Translations under genes and position numbers: made by a program
Shown: one piece after another, positions 30,001 through 40,399 of the stretch
Layout of the letters: the number at the start of each line of letters is the position of its first letter
Numbering within the stretch: position 1 is the first letter of the stretch
Source: Mobula hypostoma
Lineage: Eukaryota
Direction: 5' to 3'
DNA length: 64,000 bases
Assembly: GCF_963921235.1 (NCBI RefSeq)
Contig: NC_086121.1
Location: 23,126,001-23,190,000, forward strand
Notes under the pieces: model-generated
Databases searched by the model: none
Seen by the model: the letters and a program-made list of their open reading frames with translations, nothing else
What the model was told of the DNA's origin: nothing

Positions 30001-33000
30001 CAGTGTACAGATCTCCCCCTGAGAGAGAGGGGCTGAGAGACACCGGTCAGTGTACAGATCTCCCCCTGAGAGAGAGGGACTGAGAGACACCGGTCAGTGT
30101 ACAGATCTCCCCCTGAGAGAGAGGGACTGAGAGACACTGGTCAGTGTACAGATCTCCCCCTGAGAGAGAGGGACTGAGAGACACCGGTCAGTGTACAGAT
30201 CTCCCCCTGAGAGAGAGGGGCTGAGAGACACCGGTCAGTGTACAGATCTCCCCCTGAGAAAGAGGGACCGAGAGACACCGGTCAGTGTACAGATCTCCCC
30301 CTGAGAGAGAGGGACTGAGAGACACCGGTCAGTGTACAGATCTCCCCCTGAGAGAGAGGGACTGAGAGACACCGGTCAGTGTACAGATCTCCCCCTGAGG
30401 GAGAGGGGCTGAGAGACACCGGTCAGTTTACAGATCTCCCCCTGAGAGAGAGCGACCGAGAGACACCGGTCAGTGTACAGATCTCCCCCTGAGAGAGAGG
30501 GACTGAGAGACAACGGTCAGTGTACAGATCTCCCCCTGAGAGAGAGGGACTGAGAGACACCGGTCAGTGTAAAGATTTCCCCCTGAGAGAGAGGGACTGA
30601 GAGACACCGGTCAGTGTACCGATCTCCCTTGGAGAGTGAGGGACCGAGAGACACCGGTCAGTGTACAGATCTCCCCCTGAGAGAGAGGGACTGAGAGGCA
30701 CCGGTCAGTGTACAGATCTCCCCCTGAGATAGAGGGACTGAGCGACACCGGTCAGTGTACAGATCTCCCCCTGAGAGAGAGGGACTGAGAGACACCGGTC
30801 AGTGTACAGATCTCCCCCTGAGAGAGAGGGACTGAGAGACGCCGGTCAGTGTACAGATCTCTCCCTGAGAGAGAGGGACTGAGAGACACCGGTCAGTGTA
30901 CAGATCTCCCCCTGAGAGAGAGAGTGACTGAGAGACACCGGTCAGTGTACAGATCTCCCCCTGAGAGAGAGGGACTGAGAGACACCGGTCAGTGTACAGA
31001 TCTCCCCCTGAGAGAGAGGGACTGAGAGACACCGGTCAGTGTACAGATCTCCCCCTGAGAGAGAGAGGCTGAGAGACACCGGTCAGTGTACAGATCTCCC
31101 CCTGAGAGAGAGAGGCTGAGAGACACCGGTCAGTGTACAGATCTCCCCCTGAGAGAGAGGGACTGAGAGACACCGGTCAGTGTACAGATCTCCCCCTGAG
31201 AGAGAGGGACTGAGCGACACCGGTCAGTGTACAGATCTCCCCCTGAGAGAGAGGGACTGAGAGACACCGGTCAGTGTACAGATCTCCCCCTGAGAGAGAG
31301 GGACTGAGAGACACCGGTCAGTGTACAGATCTCCCCCTGAGAGAGAGGGACTGAGAGACACCGGTCAGTGTACAGATCTCCCCCTGAGAGAGAGGGACTG
31401 AGAGACACCGGTCAGTGTACAGATCTCCCCCTGAGAGAGAGGGACTGAGAGACACCGGTCAGTGTACAGATCTCCCCCTGAGAGAGAGGGACCGAGAGGC
31501 ACCGGTCAGTGTACAGATCTCCCCCTGAGAGAGAGGGACTGAGAGACACCGGTCAGTGTACAGATCTCCCGCTGAGAGAGAGGGACTGAGAGACACCGGT
31601 CAGTGTACAGATCTCCCGCTGAGAGAGAGGGACTGAGAGACACCGGTCAGTGTACAGATCTCCCGCTGAGAGAGAGGGGCTGAGAGACACCGGTCAGTGT
31701 ACAGATCTCCCCCTGAGAGAGAGGGACTGAGAGACACCGGTCACTGTACAGATCTCCCCCTGAGAGAGAGGGACCGAGAGACACCGGTCAGTGTACAGAT
31801 CTCCCCCTGAGAGAGAGGGACTGAGAGACACCGGTCAGTGTACAGATCTCCCCCTGAGAGAGAGGGACTGAGAGACACCAGTCAGTGTACAGATCTCTCC
31901 CTGAGAGAGAGGGACTGAGAGGCACTGGTCAGTGTACAGATCTCCCCCTGAGAGAGAGGGACTGAGAGACACCGGTCAGTGTACAGATCTCCCCCTGAGA
32001 GAGAGGGACCAAGAGACACCGGTCAGTGTACAGATCTCCCCCTGAGAGAGAGGGACTGAGAGACACCGGTCAGTGTACAGATCTCCCCCTGAGAGAGAGG
32101 GGCTGAGAGACACCGGTCAGTGTACAGATCTCCCCCTGAGAGAGAGGGACTGAGAGACACCGGTCAGTGTACAGATCTCCCCCTGAGAGAGAGGGACTGA
32201 GAGACACCGGTCAGTGTACAGATCTCCCCCTGAGAGAGAGGGACTGAGAGACACCGGTCAGTGTACAGATCTCCCCCTGAGAGAGAGGGACCGAGAGACA
32301 CCGGTCAGTTTACAGATCTCCCCCTGAGAGAGAGGGACCGAGAGGCACCGGTCAGTGTACAGATCTCCCCCTGAGAGAGAGGGACTGAGAGACACCGGTC
32401 AGTGTACAGATCTCCCCCTGAGAGAGAGTGACTGAGAGACACCGGTCAGTGTACAGATCTTCCCCTGAGAGAGAGGGACTGAGAGACACCGGTCAGTGTA
32501 CAGATCTCCCCCTGAGAGAGAGGGACTGAGAGACACCGGTCAGTGTACTGATCTCCCCGGAGAGAGAAGGACTGAGAGACACCGGTCAGGGTACAGATCT
32601 CCCCCTGAGAGAGAGAGGGACTGAGAGACGCCGGTCAGTGTACAGATCACCCCTGAGAGAGAGGGACCGAGAGACACCGGACAGTGTACTGATCTCCCCC
32701 TGAGCGAGAGGAACTGAGAGACACAGGTCAGTGTACAGATCTCCCCCTGAGAGAGAGGGACTGAGAGACACCGGTCAGTGTACAGATCTCCCCCTGAGAG
32801 AGAGGGACTGACAGACACCGGTCAGTGTACAGATCTCCTCCGGAGAGAGAGGGACTGATAGACACCGGTCAGTGTACAGATCTCCCCCTGAGAGAGAGGG
32901 ACTGAGAGACACCGGTCAGTGTACAGATCTCCCTCTGAGAGAGAGGGACTGAGAGACACCAGTCAGTGTACAGATCTCCCCTTGAGAGAGAGGGGCTGAG

Positions 33001-35294
33001 AGACACCGGTCAGTGTACAGATCTCCCCCTGAGAGAGAGGGACTGAGAGACACCGGTCAGTGTACAGATCTCCCCCTGAGAGAGAGGGACTGAGAGACAC
33101 CGGTCATTGTACAGATCTCCCCCTGAGAGAGAGGGACTGAGAGACACCGGTCAGTGTACAGATCTCCCCCTGAGAGAGAGGGACCGAGAGGCACAGGGTC
33201 AGTGTACAGATCTCCCCCTGAGAGAGAGGGACTGAGAGACACCGGTCAGTGTACAGATCTCCCCCTGAGAGAGAGGGGCTGAGAGACACCGGTCAGTGTA
33301 CAGATCTCCCCCTGAGAGAGAGGGACTGAGAGACACCGGTAAGTGTACAGATCTCCCCCTGAGAGAGAGGGACTGAGAGACACCGGTCAGTGTACAGATC
33401 TCCCCCTGAGAGAGAGGGACTGAGAGACACCGGTCAGTGTACAGATCTCCCCCTGAGGGAGAGGGGCTGAGAGACACCAGTCAGTGTGCAGATCTCCCCC
33501 TGAGATAGAGCGACCGAGAGACACCGGTCAGTGTACAGATCTCCCCCTGAGAGAGAGGGACTGAGAGACAACGGTCAGTGTACAGATCTCCCCCTGAGAG
33601 AGAGGGAACGAGAGGCACCGGTCAGTGTACAGATCTCCCCCTGAGAGAGAGGGACTGAGAGACACCGGTCAGTTTACAGATCTCCCCCTGAGAGAGAGGG
33701 ACCGAGAGGCACCGGTCAGTGTACAGATCTCCCCCTGAGAGAGAGGGACTGAGAGACACCGGTCAGTGTACAGATCTCCCCCTGAGAGAGAGGGACTGAG
33801 AGACACCGGTCAGTGTACAGATCTCCCCCTGAGAGAGAGGGGCTGAGAGACACCGGTCAGTTTACAGATCTCCCCCTGAGAGAGAGCGACCGAGAGACAC
33901 CGGTCAGTGTACAGATCTCCCCCTGAGAGAGACGGACTGAGAGATACGGTCAGTGTACAGATCTCCCCCTGAGAGAGAGGGAACGAGAGGCACCGGTCAG
34001 TGTACAGATCTCCCCCTGAGAGAGAGGGGCTGACAGACACCGGTCAGTGTACAGATCTCCCCCTGAGAGAGAGGGACTGAGAGACACCGGTAAGTGTACA
34101 GATCTCCCCCTGAGAGAGAGGGACTGAGAGACACCGGTCAGTGTACAGATCTCCCCCTGAGAGAGAGGGACTGAGAGACACCGGTCAGTGTACAGATCTC
34201 CCCCTGAGGGAGAGGGGCTGAGAGACACCGGTCAGTTTACAGATCTCCCCCTGAGAGAGAGCGACCGAGAGACACCGGTCAGTGTACAGATCTCCCCCTG
34301 AGAGAGAGGGACTGAGAGACACCGGTCAGTGTACAGATCTCCCCCTGAGAGAGAGGGACTGAGAGACACCGGTCAGTGTACAGATCTCCCCCTGAGAGAG
34401 AGGGACTGAGAGACACTGGTCAGTGTACAGATCTCCCCCTGGGAGAGAGGGACTGAGAGACACCGGTCAGTTTACAGATCTCCCCCTGAGAGAGAGGGAC
34501 CGAGAGGCACCGGTCAGTGTACAGATCTCCCCCTGAGAGAGAGGGACTGAGAGACACTGGTCAGTGTACAGATCTCCCCCTGGGAGAGAGGGACTGAGAG
34601 ACACCGGTCAGTGTACAGATCTCCCCCTGAGAGAGAGGGGCTGAGAGACACCGGTCAGTTTACAGATCTCCCCCTGAGAGAGAGCGACCAAGAGACACCG
34701 GTCAGTGTACAGATCTCCTCCTGAGAGAGAGGGACTGAGAGACAACGGTCAGTGTACAGATCTCCCCCTGAGAGAGAGGGAACGAGAGGCACCGGTCAGT
34801 GTACAGATCTCCCCCTGAGAGAGAGGGACTGAGAGACACCGGTCAGTGTACAGATCTCCCCCTGAGAGAGAGGGACTGAGAGACACCGGTCAGTGTACAG
34901 ATCTCCCCCTGAGAGAGAGGGACTGAGAGACACCGGTCAGTGTACAGATCTCCCCCCTGAGAGAGAGAGGGACTGAGAGACACCGGTCAGTGTGTAGATC
35001 TCCCCCTGAGAGAGAGGGGCTGAGAGACACCGGTCAGTTTACAGATCTCCCCCTGAGGGAGAGGGGCTGAGAGACACCGGTCAGTGTGTAGATCTCCCCC
35101 TGAGAGAGAGAGGGACTGAGAGACACCGGTCAGTGTGTAGATCTCCCCCTGAGAGAGAGAGGGACTGAGAGACACCGGTCAGTGTGTAGATCTCCCCCTG
35201 AGAGAGAGGGACTGAGAGACACCGGTAAGTGTACAGATCTCCCCCTGAGAGAGAGGGACTGAGAGACACCGGTCAGTGTGTAGATCTCCCGCTG
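1..35294. repeat. 47-bp minisatellite array, about 750 units in the window (continues past the left edge), consensus CCCCCTGAGAGAGAGGGACTGAGAGACACCGGTCAGTGTACAGATCT
   Basis: Direct 47-bp periodicity throughout, with recurring point and indel variants. The array stops at about 35294, roughly 210 bp before the Ig exon acceptor. Copy number is length divided by 47. Confidence 0.99.
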
Positions 35295-35504
35295 ACTATT
35301 TGATTTGGAAGACCTCGGACCTGTCAGAAGATATTGAATGTGTTTTTTTTCCAGCCAGATTACTGAACTCTTACTGTCTCTCTTCCCCCTCCCTCCTTTA
35401 TTGTCTGCTGCCCCCTCTTTTAACCCTCTCGCTCCCCTCCCCTCATCTTCGTCTCCCTTCTCTCTCTTCCCTGCCTCCTCTCCCCCCCCCCCGCCGTTCC
35501 CCAG

Positions 35505-35852
35505 AGCCGCCTCGGGTCCGCGTCTTCACGCAGACGTTCGGCGCGGGCCCCCGCCCCCGGCTGCTGCTGGTCTGCGAGGCCTCGGGCTTCTTCCCGCTGG
35601 CCGTCGACATCGCCTGGCTGGTCCCCGCCCCCGAGGACGATTCGGACCCCGTCCCCCTCGCCCCGCTCGTCTTTGGCAGCCACCGCCACAACCGCGACGG
35701 CACTTTCAACCTCTCGGCCGAGGTGGCCCTGGAGGGCTGGCCGGAGGAGGAGGAGGGCGGGGGCGGGCCCGGCCCCCTCTACACCTGCCAGGTGACCCAC
35801 CCGGCGCTGGACGCCCCCCTCGCCGTCAACCTCCGGCCGCAGCCCCCCGACG
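35505..35852 (+). CDS. TAPBPL: Ig C1-set domain exon of a tapasin-family (TAPBPL/TAPBPR-like) gene, 348 nt, phase 1-1
   Basis: An AG-free pyrimidine tract (about 35360-35502) ends in CCCCAG, and the donor is G|GTCAGT at 35853. Translation EPPRVRVF...LVCEASGFFPLAVDIAW...LVFGSHRHNRDGTFNLSAEV...YTCQVTHPALDAPL...QPPD has C1-set Cys/Trp/Cys spacing. It resembles tapasin-family C1 domains (C..xGYYPLDV.V.W, FSSHR..DGT.SLS, YTCxVxHxxL..PL). The C1 domain is secure. The exact paralogue is inferred from motif recall plus MLF2 synteny; a B7-H6-like protein is the alternative. Confidence 0.75.
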
Positions 35853-35954
35853 GTCAGTACATGCGGTAATGTGGGTCCTTCTGGGGGGGGGGAACGGGCG
35901 GGGTGGGGGGAGGTCGCGGGTCTGTGACTGGGAGGCGGGAGGGAGAGGGTTAAT

Positions 35955-36972
35955 AGAGCGTAGAACATAGTACAGCACAGTACAGGCCCTTCGGCCCACA
36001 ATGTTGTGCCGACCCTAAAAACCCTGCCTCCCATATAACCCCCCCCACCTTAAATTCCTCCATATACCTGTCTGGTAGTCTCTTAAACTTCACCAGTGTA
36101 TCTGCCTCCACCCCTGACTCAGGCAGTGCATTCCACGCACCGACCACTCTCTGAGTAAAAAACCTTCCTCTAATATCTCCCTTGAACTTCCCACCCCTTA
36201 CCTTAAAGCCATGTCCTCTTGTACTGAGCAGTGGTGCCCTGGGGAAGAGGCGCTGGCTATCCACTCTATCTATTCCTCTTATTATCTTGTACACCTCTAT
36301 CATGTCTCCTCTCATCCTCCTTCTCTCCAAAGAGTAAAGCCCTAGCTCCCTTAATCTCTTATCATAATGCATACTTTCTAAACCAGGCAGCACCCTGGTA
36401 AATCTCCTCTGTACCCTTTCCAATGCTTCCACATCCTTCCTATAGTGAGGTGACCAGAACTAGACACAGTACTCCAAGTGTGGCCTAACCAGAGTTTTAA
36501 AGAGCTGCATCATTACATCGCGACTCTTAAACTCTATCCCTCGACTTATGAAAGCTAACACCCCGTATGCTTTCTTAACTACCCTATCCACCTGTGAGGC
36601 AACTTTCAGGGATCTGTGGACATGTACCCCGAGATCCCTCTGCTCCTCCACATTACCAAGTATCCTGCCATTTACTTTGTACTCTGCCTTGGAGTTTGTC
36701 CTTCCAAAGTGTACCACCTCACACTTCTCCAGGTTGAACTCCATCTGCCACTTCTCAGCCCACTTCTGCATCCTGTCAATGTCTCTCTGCAATCTGTGAC
36801 AATCCTCTACACTATCTACAACACCACCAACCTTTGTGTCATCTGCAAACTTGCCAACCCACCCTTCTACCCCCACATCCAGGTCGTTGATAAAAATCAC
36901 GAAAGGTAGAGGTCCCAGAACAGATCCTTGTAGGACACCACTAGTTACAATCCTCCAATCTGAATGCACTCC
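35955..36972 (-). mobile_element. 5'-truncated CR1-clade LINE (3' ORF2 RT portion plus 3' UTR), inactivated by a nonsense mutation
   Basis: Translations SGV(L)QGSVLGP..FVIFINDLD...KFADDTKVGG and [15 protein letters not shown]...FFTQRVVGAWNALP are typical CR1 ORF2. LEYCV* stands where LEYCVQFWSP is expected. The CR1-type tail lies at about 35955-36010. Confidence 0.93.
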
Positions 36973-36984
36973 TTCTGCCTTGAG

Positions 36985-37700
36985 ATCTACAGCACATCAC
37001 AGGCCATTCGGCCCACAATGTCATGCCGACCATGTAACCAGCATTAGAGACTGCCTAGGATTTCCCTCTCTTTCTCTAAGTTCCTTGTACCTATACAGGA
37101 GTCTCTTAAAAGACCCTATCGTATCCGCCTCCACCACCGTTGCCGTCAGCCCATTCCACGCACTCACCACTCTCTGCGTAAAAAAACTTACCCCTGACAT
37201 CTCCTCTGTACCTACTCCCCAGCACCTTAAACTTGTGTCCTCTTGTAGCAACTATTTCAGCCCTGGGAAAAAGCCTCTGACTATCCACACGATCAATGCC
37301 TCTCCTCATCTTATACACCTCTATCAGGTCACCTCTCATCCTCCGTCGCTCCAAGGAGAAAAGGCCGATTTCACTCAACCTATTCTCATAGGGAAGGCTC
37401 CCCAATCCAGGCAACATCTTTGTAGATCTCCTCTGCACCCTCTCTATGGTTTCCACATCCTTCCTGTAGTGAGGTGACCAGAACTGAGCACAGTACTCCA
37501 AGTGGGGTCTGACCAGTGTCCTATATAGCTGCAACATTACCTCTCGGCTCTTGAACTCAATCCCACGATTGATGAATGCCAACACACCGTACGCCTTCTT
37601 AACCACAGAGTCAACCTGTGCAGCAGCTGTGGACTCGGACCCCAAGATCCCTCTGATCCTCCACGCTGCCAAGAAGTCTTGCCATTAATACTATATCCTG
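36985..37700 (-). mobile_element. Second 5'-truncated CR1 LINE (different subfamily), abutting the first
   Basis: It has its own 3' tail (ACAGGCCATTCGGCCCACAATGTCATGCCGACC on +). ORF2 peptide: VVKKAYGVLAFINRGIEFKSREVMLQLYRTLVRPHLEYCAQFWSPHYRKDV... Confidence 0.92.
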
Positions 37701-37729
37701 TCCGTGGGGGAATAGGTGTCACGAAACGG

Positions 37730-38365
37730 GGATAAGAGGGTTAATCCTCCTTCTGACGGTGGGCGGGTGTCCATACCGGGAGAGAAAAGGTTAATTCAAT
37801 CTCTGATCGGGGAACGGTGGGCGGGGGGGGGGGTGGAGGAGAGAAGGAGTTAATCCTCTCGAGGTAGTGCAACGCGTATCTGTATCACGGGGAGGGAGGA
37901 CCAATCACCTCTCTGGGGAGTGTTGAACTGGGAGTGAGAGGGTTAATTTTCCTTCCGACAGGGGGCCGGGTTGTCCGTATCTGGGAGGCAGAGAGTTAAT
38001 TCCCCCCCACCCCACCCCCCTCTACCTGATCTAGGTGCGGCTGCCTGTGACCGGGAGATGGAGGGTTAATACCCTCTGAGATTGGGACGTCATGTGCAAT
38101 GGGGGGGGGAGAGGGGGTTAATATTCTCTCTGACGGGGGGGGGACTAGTATCTGGCAATAAAAGGGTTAATGTCCCTTAATGGAGGAGGAGGTGCTGTTG
38201 TCAGGAAGAGTGGGGAGAGAGAGAGGGAGGGGAGCGACGGGGAGGGAGAGAGAGGGAGAAAATTAACCCTCTCTCTCCCCTGGATACAGACACCAGTTTC
38301 CCCCGAACATTAACCCTCTCTCTCCCAGATACAGACACCAGTTTCCCCCAAACATTAACCCTCTC
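37730..38365. repeat. Degenerate ~50-60-bp-spaced repeat with a conserved GGGTTAAT core, including a ~46-bp tandem duplication near 38260-38365
   Basis: (G)GTTAAT recurs about 8 times from 37738 to 38170. It then appears inverted (ATTAACCCTCTC) near 38263, 38309 and 38355. Confidence 0.5.
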
Positions 38366-39013
38366 CCTCCTGGTTATACGCACCGAGGACCGTCGACCGG
38401 CCCCCTCTTCCCCCACATTGCCTCCGGCGCTGGTCCGCTCGCCCCCCCCCACCCCCGGCACGGGTTTAACGCGGGTCCGTCGGGCAAGGGGCCTGCGACC
38501 GGGAGGGAGAGGGGTTACAGGTGTACCTCGGACTGAGGGAGCGGGATCCGGGCCCGATATCACCGGCCCGCGTTGCTTCGCGGTCGCAGTACCTCGCCGT
38601 CCGCGACGGTCTGGACTGCCAGTCGCGGCCAGTAAATGCTGATATTTAAAAAGCTGAACTGATTAACTGGCGCGACAAGGGGAGGAACAAGAAGAAACCG
38701 TCCCTGGCCGGTCGAGTGTGCGCACCCGATGAGAGGGGAGAGGGTCACGGGACGGGAGGCTGAGAGAGACGGACAGGGGCAGGGCGAGCCCGGAGGAAGA
38801 TGGAGAGCAGGCAAGGGAGTGAGATGGACAGAAGGAGAAAAAAGAGAGAGAGAAAAAAAGTAGATAAATAAGGGACGGGGTATGAAGGGGAGGAGGGGCA
38901 TGAACGGAAGTTAGAGAAGTCAATGCTCATGCCTCTCCCGTCTCCAGCCTCATATCCCTTTTGCCAGTCGACTTCCCAGCTCTCCCTCCCATCGTTTCCT
39001 ATCGTTTCTGAAG

Positions 39014-39880
39014 AGATGGGACGGGCTAGATGCAGGAAGATTGTTCCCGATGTTGGGGAAGTCCAGAACGAGGGGTCACAGTTTGAGGATAGAGGGGAAG
39101 CCTTTTAGGACCGAGATGAGGAAAAACTTCTTCACACAGAGAGGGGTGAATCTGTGGAATTCTCTGCCCCGTGAAGCAGGGGAGGCTCCCTCAATGAATA
39201 TATTTAAGACGAGGTCAGACAGATTTTTTTTGCAGAGGAGGGGAATTAAGGGTTATAGGGGATTCGAGTACAGGAGCAGGGAGGTACTACTGCAGTTGTA
39301 CAAGGCCTTGGTGAGACCACACCTGGAGTATTGTGTGCAGTTTTGGTCCCCTAATCTGAGGAAAGACATTCTTGCCATAGAGGGAGTACAAAGAAGATTC
39401 ACCAGATTGATTCCTGGGATGGCAGGACTTTCATATGAAGAAAGACTGGATGAACTGGGCTTGTACTCGTTGGAATTTAGAAGATTGAGGGGGGATCTGA
39501 TTGAAACGTATAAGATCCTAAAGGGATTGGACAGGCTAGATGCAGGAAGATTGTTCCCGATGTTGGGGAAGTCCAGAACGAGGGGCCACAGTTTGAGGAT
39601 AGAGGGGAAGCCTTTTAGGACTGAGATGAGGAAAAACTTCTTCACACAGAGAGTGGTGAATCTGTGGAATTCTCTGCCACAGCAAACTGCTGAGGCCAGT
39701 TCATTGGCTATATTTAAGAGGGAGTTAGATGTGGCCCTTGTGGCTACAGGGGTCAGGGGGTATGGAGGGAAGGCTGAGGCGGGGATCTGAGTTGGATGAT
39801 CAGCCATGATCATACTGAATGGCGGTTCAGGCTCGAAGGGCCGAATGGCCTACTCCTGCACCTATTTTCTATGTTTCTAT
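39014..39880 (+). mobile_element. Composite CR1 3' fragment: a short 3' piece (about 39014-39255) followed by a longer piece (about 39258-39880) ending in a TTCTATGTTTCTAT tail
   Basis: ORF 39041-39790 carries FPMLGKSRTRGHSLRIEGKPFRTEMRKNFFTQR twice, plus LYKALVRPHLEYCVQFWSP. The 3' UTR reads GATCAGCCATGATC...GGCCTACTCCTGCACCTATTTTCTATGTTTCTAT. Confidence 0.93.
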
Positions 39881-40224
39881 AAGGCGGGCAGGTGGAGATG
39901 AGTCCGTGGTCGGATCAGCCGTGATCTTATCGAATAGTGGAGCAGGGTCAACGGGACAGACCGGCCCCTGACGACCCCCGTCACCCAGGGCGCGCCCTCT
40001 TCTTGACGCCACCATCGGGGAGGAGGTCCAGGAGCCTGAAGGCATACAGCGCGGCGATTCAGGAACAGATTCTCCCCCCGGCCGGTGATAGGGAAACCCG
40101 ATTTGGACTTGCAGGGATCCACAACTGACATAGATTCTCCAGTCCGACACCAGCGCACCAGGCCCAGGTTAGAATCCGCGGGGCAGCCGGCCTCACCAGA
40201 GGTTTCAATCGTTTCCTTTTGCAG

Positions 40225-40329
40225 ACCAGGCAGCCCGTTACCTGCACGTCGTTTACCAGGGGGCGTTGTTGTCCGTGTTGCTGCTGGTGGCTGTGATGTA
40301 CCTCTGTCGAGGGAACAGGACCCCGACTG
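40225..40329 (+). CDS. TAPBPL: Transmembrane exon of the same gene, 105 nt, phase 1-1: (D)QAARYLHVVYQGALLSVLLLVAVMYLCRGNRTPT
   Basis: Acceptor TTTCCTTTTGCAG| at 40224 and donor G|GTGAGA at 40330. The phase matches the C1 exon. A ~20-residue hydrophobic stretch is followed by basic residues (CRGNR). Confidence 0.8.
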
Positions 40330-40399
40330 GTGAGATGCACCTCCTGTTCGAAACGCTCCTGTCACAGAGAGAATCTCTCATTAACCCCGTTACAGAGAG

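Noticed and set aside
80-35269. Dozens of 61-156-aa minus-strand ORFs (MSLSPSLSGGDLYTDRCL...)
   Set aside because: They are translations of the 47-bp repeat with no real ATG or splice context, and the frame shifts with each unit.
35505-35852. MHC class I alpha-3, class II beta-2 or Ig/TCR constant exon
   Set aside because: The HRHNRDGTFNLS strand and the FFPLAVDIAW motif fit the tapasin family better than MHC (xPNxDGxFQ/NGDWTFQ) or antigen-receptor C domains, and no J segments or further C exons are present.
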